Shown: positions 60,489 through 64,000 of the stretch, in pieces
Layout: each line of letters starts with the position of its first letter
Position numbering within the stretch: position 1 is the first letter of the stretch
Assembly: GCA_041690295.1 (NCBI GenBank)
Contig: JAWLHR010000001.1
Coordinates: 192,001-256,000 of the forward strand
DNA length: 64,000 bases
From: Bdellovibrionales bacterium
GTDB lineage: Bacteria > Bdellovibrionota > Bdellovibrionia > Bdellovibrionales > UBA1609
Direction: 5' to 3'
Notes under the pieces: model-generated
Told to the model about the DNA's origin: nothing
Database searches by the model: none
The model's input: only the letters and a program-made list of their open reading frames with translations
Translations under genes and position numbers: made by a program

Positions 60489-61796
60489 TTACGCGGATTC
60501 CGCGGAATCACCCGGAGGTCCTGCCGTAGGCGACTTCGATTCACGCTGACCGAGGACCAGTTGAGGTTTCGCGCCTTTGGTGATGACGTCTTCCGTAATT
60601 ATGCATTCCTTCACGTTGGGCTTCGAAGGAATCTCGAACATGATGTCGAGCATGGCGTTCTCGATTACGCCACGTAATCCCCGTGCACCGGTATTCCGTT
60701 TGATCGCTTCCTGGGCGATAGCCCGGAGCGCGGAATCTTCGAAACGGAGCTCAACGCCCTCGTACGAAAACAGTTTATGGTATTGTTTGGTGAGCGCGTT
60801 TTTGGGTTTTACCAGAATTTCAATTAACGCGGCCTCATCCAACGGATCCAAAACGGCGATCGACGGCAAACGGCCGATGAACTCCGGAATGAGTCCGAAT
60901 TTGACCAGATCATCGGGCTCGATCTTCTGCAGAGTGTTTTCCCGGCTGCTCAACTTTTCTTCTTTGGTCCGGATGTCGGCCTGGAAACCCATTGAACGGC
61001 TGGAAATCCGGTTTTCTATCACTTTGTCCAGTCCCACGAACGCGCCACCGACGATGAACAGGATATTGGTCGTGTCGACCTGAATGAATTCCTGTTGTGG
61101 ATGTTTGCGGCCGCCCTTGGGAGGAAGATTGGCGATGGTACCTTCAAGAATTTTAAGCAACGCTTGCTGCACGCCTTCGCCACTCACATCGCGGGTGATC
61201 GACGGATTCTCGCTCTTACGCGAAATCTTGTCGATTTCGTCGATGTAGATCACGCCTTTTTGGCACTTCTCGATGTCGTAATCCGCGGCCTGCAAAAGAT
61301 TGAGGACCACATTCTCGACATCCTCACCCACATAACCGGCTTCGGTCAGGGCGGTGGCGTCCGCCATCGCGAACGGCACGTTCAAGATTTTGGCGATGGT
61401 TTGCGCGAGCAAAGTTTTACCGGAACCGGTGGGACCGATTAAAAGAATGTTCGACTTCGAAATCTCGACGTCATCCTTTTTGCCCCGGCCCTTCATAAAG
61501 TTGATTCGTTTATAATGATTGTGGACCGCGACGGACAAAGTCTTCTTCGCCTTCTCCTGGCCGATCACGTAGTCATCAAGAAAGGCCTTGATGTCGACGG
61601 GCTTGGGCACGGAAAGCTGCACTTTCGTGCTTTCTTCACGTTCACGTTCTTCGGCGATAATGTCATTGCAGAGCTCGATGCACTCGTCACAGATGTAAAC
61701 GCCAGGACCGGCAATCAGCTTTTTGACTTCCTTCTGGCTTTTTCCGCAGAAGCTGCAACACAAGGTGCCGTAGTTATTTTTGTCCTTCGTGTTCAT
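60489..61796 (-). CDS. clpX: ATP-dependent Clp protease ATP-binding subunit
   Basis: CSFCGK zinc finger, [33 protein letters not shown]. Confidence 0.98.
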   Translation of the reverse strand: MNTKDKNNYGTLCCSFCGKSQKEVKKLIAGPGVYICDECIELCNDIIAEEREREESTKVQLSVPKPVDIKAFLDDYVIGQEKAKKTLSVAVHNHYKRINFMKGRGKKDDVEISKSNILLIGPTGSGKTLLAQTIAKILNVPFAMADATALTEAGYVGEDVENVVLNLLQAADYDIEKCQKGVIYIDEIDKISRKSENPSITRDVSGEGVQQALLKILEGTIANLPPKGGRKHPQQEFIQVDTTNILFIVGGAFVGLDKVIENRISSRSMGFQADIRTKEEKLSSRENTLQKIEPDDLVKFGLIPEFIGRLPSIAVLDPLDEAALIEILVKPKNALTKQYHKLFSYEGVELRFEDSALRAIAQEAIKRNTGARGLRGVIENAMLDIMFEIPSKPNVKECIITEDVITKGAKPQLVLGQRESKSPTAGPPGDSAESA

Positions 61797-62404
61797 TTGG
61801 CTTCCTTACTTGCCTTTCTCTTCTCAACCACGTGATCAACGAGCCCGAATTCTTTGGATTCCTCAGCTGATAGATAACGATCCCGATCCATGGCTTTCGT
61901 CAGGGTATCGAAGTCGAGACCTGTATGTTTTACGTATAACTCCGTCAGTTTCCGTTTCGTGTTCACCATTTCCCGGGCGTGAATTTCAATGTCACTGACT
62001 TGTCCCGAAATTCCTCCACCCGCGATTAAGGGTTGATGAATCATGGTTTTGGAGTGCGGCAGGATGTAACGTTTTCCTTTGGTGCCTGCCGTTAACAACA
62101 GTGAGCCCATACTTGCTGCCATTCCGATGCAATAAGTGCTCACATCACATTTCACGAATTGCATTATATCATAAATGGCAAGCCCCGCCGACACACTTCC
62201 GCCGGGCGAGTTGATGTACAGATGGATATCCCGATCCGGGTTCTCCATCTCCAGGAAAAACATTTGGGCGATGACCACGTTGGCGACTTCATCAGTGACC
62301 GGCGTCCCCAAAAGAATGATGCGCTCCTTTAAAAGCCGGGAATAGATGTCGTAGCTGCGCTCGCCGCGCGCGGTCTGTTCAACCACGATCGGAACTAAGT
62401 TCAT
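61793..62404 (-). CDS. clpP: Clp protease proteolytic subunit
   Basis: [31 protein letters not shown]. Alternative start at 62434. Confidence 0.97.
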   Translation of the reverse strand: MNLVPIVVEQTARGERSYDIYSRLLKERIILLGTPVTDEVANVVIAQMFFLEMENPDRDIHLYINSPGGSVSAGLAIYDIMQFVKCDVSTYCIGMAASMGSLLLTAGTKGKRYILPHSKTMIHQPLIAGGGISGQVSDIEIHAREMVNTKRKLTELYVKHTGLDFDTLTKAMDRDRYLSAEESKEFGLVDHVVEKRKASKEAK

Positions 62405-62614
62405 ACTCACAGGCGATCTCCCACTCACACTCATTCCCCCAATATGGACTTTTTCTCAGTTCTGACAAGAACTTCTCGGTGTAACTCGAGGGAAACTGGA
62501 GCGGCCATAAAACGCTTTATTCACCTAATACGCTGTGCTAGAACCAGCCCCACGTCCAGTCGGAGTGCACCCAGTTTTTGCCGTGCGTAATCCGGCTCAA
62601 CAAAGAGGAATAAA

Positions 62615-64000
62615 ATGATCGTTCACCTGAAAAAAGGGCTTAAGTCCGAGCTCAACACTCTGGTCGTGTTCGCGACACACGATAAAAAATCAAGCAAACC
62701 TAACTTCGGTAAGTTGCCGGCTGAATTGCAAACCTGGTCACGGCACGCCGAACAAGACGGCCAATTCCGGGGTGAGGCTAAAGAAACCATGTTTTTCCGC
62801 CAGGCCAACGTCCTGGGCTACACTAATGTCCTGTTTGTCGGTCTTGGAGCCGCGGGGGCTGAGCCCGTGCGCGTCGGTGCGGCCATGGCTTATATGGCCT
62901 TGAAAAACCACAAAATCACCTCGGCCGGCATCTATGGCGATACTCTGCTGAAATTAACCAAAGATCCGGCTCACGCCATTCAAGCCGCGGCTGAAGGTTT
63001 CATGCTCTCGGCCTACGAGTTCAAAGACCACAAGGGCAAAAGCAAAACCGACGAGAAAAAAGGCAAAAAAGAAAAACCCGAGTTGCGCGAAGTCACCTTG
63101 TTGCTGACAGCCGCGCCCTCGCAGGCCCTGCACAAAGCCGTAAAGCGCGCCACGGTCCTGGCTGAATGCCAGAATTTCGCCCGCTGGCTGGGAGATCAGC
63201 CGGGCAACTACATGACGCCGACGATTCTCGCCAATGAAACCGTGAAAGCCGCGAAGGGTACGGGTTTGAAGGTGACCGTTTGGGATTTGGCCCGCATCAA
63301 AAAAGAAAAACTGGGCGGTCTGTTGGCGGTCGCACAAGGCAGCGCCGAGGAACCCCGCTTCATCATCATGGAGTACAACGGCGCCGGCAAAGGTAAAAAA
63401 CCGATTTGCTTCGTGGGCAAGGGACTGACCTTCGATACGGGCGGTATCAGCATCAAACCCAGCGCCTCGATGGAAGAGATGAAGTACGACATGTGCGGCG
63501 GCGCCGCCGTGATCGGTACCATGCTCGCCCTGGCGAAGTTGAAAGCCAAGGTGAACGCCGTTGGCTTGGTTCCCTCCACTGAAAACATGCCGGGTCCGTC
63601 GGCGTTAAAGCCGGGCGATGTTTATTACGCGCGAAACGGAAAAACGGTTGAAGTCTATAACACGGACGCTGAAGGGCGCCTCATTCTCGGCGAAGCCCTG
63701 GCGTACGGAAGTGAACTTAAGCCCGCGGCGATGTTTGATGCCGCCACGTTGACCGGCGCGATTTTGATCGCCCTTGGAAACACCCACACCGGCGTCTTCA
63801 CGCGCGACAAGAAATTGATGTCCAAAATTCAGGATGCCGCCGATACCACCGGCGAGTTGGTCTGGCCGATGCCGCTGACCGACTTCCACGTGGACGACAT
63901 GAAGGGCACCCACGCCGATTTATGTAACATCTCGGGCGGGCGAAACGCGGGAAGCTCGACGGCGGCGGCCTTCTTGGAGGCTTTCGTCGACTCGTCGATT
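62615..64000 (+). CDS. pepA: Leucyl aminopeptidase (M17), 3'-truncated by the window edge
   Basis: Not in the ORF track. Translation from ATG 62615 contains GKGLTFDTGG, MKYDMCG, NTDAEGRL, ATLTGA. Confidence 0.95.
   Translation, partial: MIVHLKKGLKSELNTLVVFATHDKKSSKPNFGKLPAELQTWSRHAEQDGQFRGEAKETMFFRQANVLGYTNVLFVGLGAAGAEPVRVGAAMAYMALKNHKITSAGIYGDTLLKLTKDPAHAIQAAAEGFMLSAYEFKDHKGKSKTDEKKGKKEKPELREVTLLLTAAPSQALHKAVKRATVLAECQNFARWLGDQPGNYMTPTILANETVKAAKGTGLKVTVWDLARIKKEKLGGLLAVAQGSAEEPRFIIMEYNGAGKGKKPICFVGKGLTFDTGGISIKPSASMEEMKYDMCGGAAVIGTMLALAKLKAKVNAVGLVPSTENMPGPSALKPGDVYYARNGKTVEVYNTDAEGRLILGEALAYGSELKPAAMFDAATLTGAILIALGNTHTGVFTRDKKLMSKIQDAADTTGELVWPMPLTDFHVDDMKGTHADLCNISGGRNAGSSTAAAFLEAFVDSSI

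Noticed and set aside
472..61835. Long antisense ORFs (e.g. 472..1284, 2489..3454, 17666..18316, 40684..41607, 49038..49814)
   Set aside because: They are shadows of well-supported genes on the opposite strand and show no recognisable motifs.
62405..62614. Absence of tig upstream of clpP
   Set aside because: Ordinary gene-order variation; tig may lie elsewhere in the genome.

Overview
Core-genome segment of a Bdellovibrionota (Bdellovibrionales-like) bacterium, inferred from the ffs-dnaX-ybaB-recR-mglA order without mglB, MglA Ser21, a Bdellovibrio-type HNH protein and FliA-like promoters. Housekeeping content: xth (partial), peroxiredoxin, hldD, phhA, a TrmJ-like methyltransferase, hppD-hmgA-ribD, a panG-like/panB/panC/coaBC/coaX/panD operon, srkA, SRP RNA, nadA, dedA, tRNA-Val, clpP-clpX-lon and pepA (partial). 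There are two signalling clusters. One is a PP2C/kinase/STAS partner switch followed by a CheW-less CheA-like kinase, CheY and a REC-J-TPR protein. The other is a chemosensory locus with a porin, a small binding protein, an MCP and a CheR-REC-CheB fusion. Most notable candidates: (i) a peroxiredoxin / permuted ATP-grasp / divergent SelO redox cluster; (ii) an HNH cassette between 24-bp direct repeats with a perfect 34-bp palindrome; (iii) a methyltransferase gene between 20-bp repeats; (iv) an integrase-less 1.9-kb protease islet at tRNA-Val; (v) an unannotated 36-aa Lys/Arg-rich protein; (vi) a structured ~125-nt sRNA candidate. All calls come from reading motifs by eye; no database searches were run.
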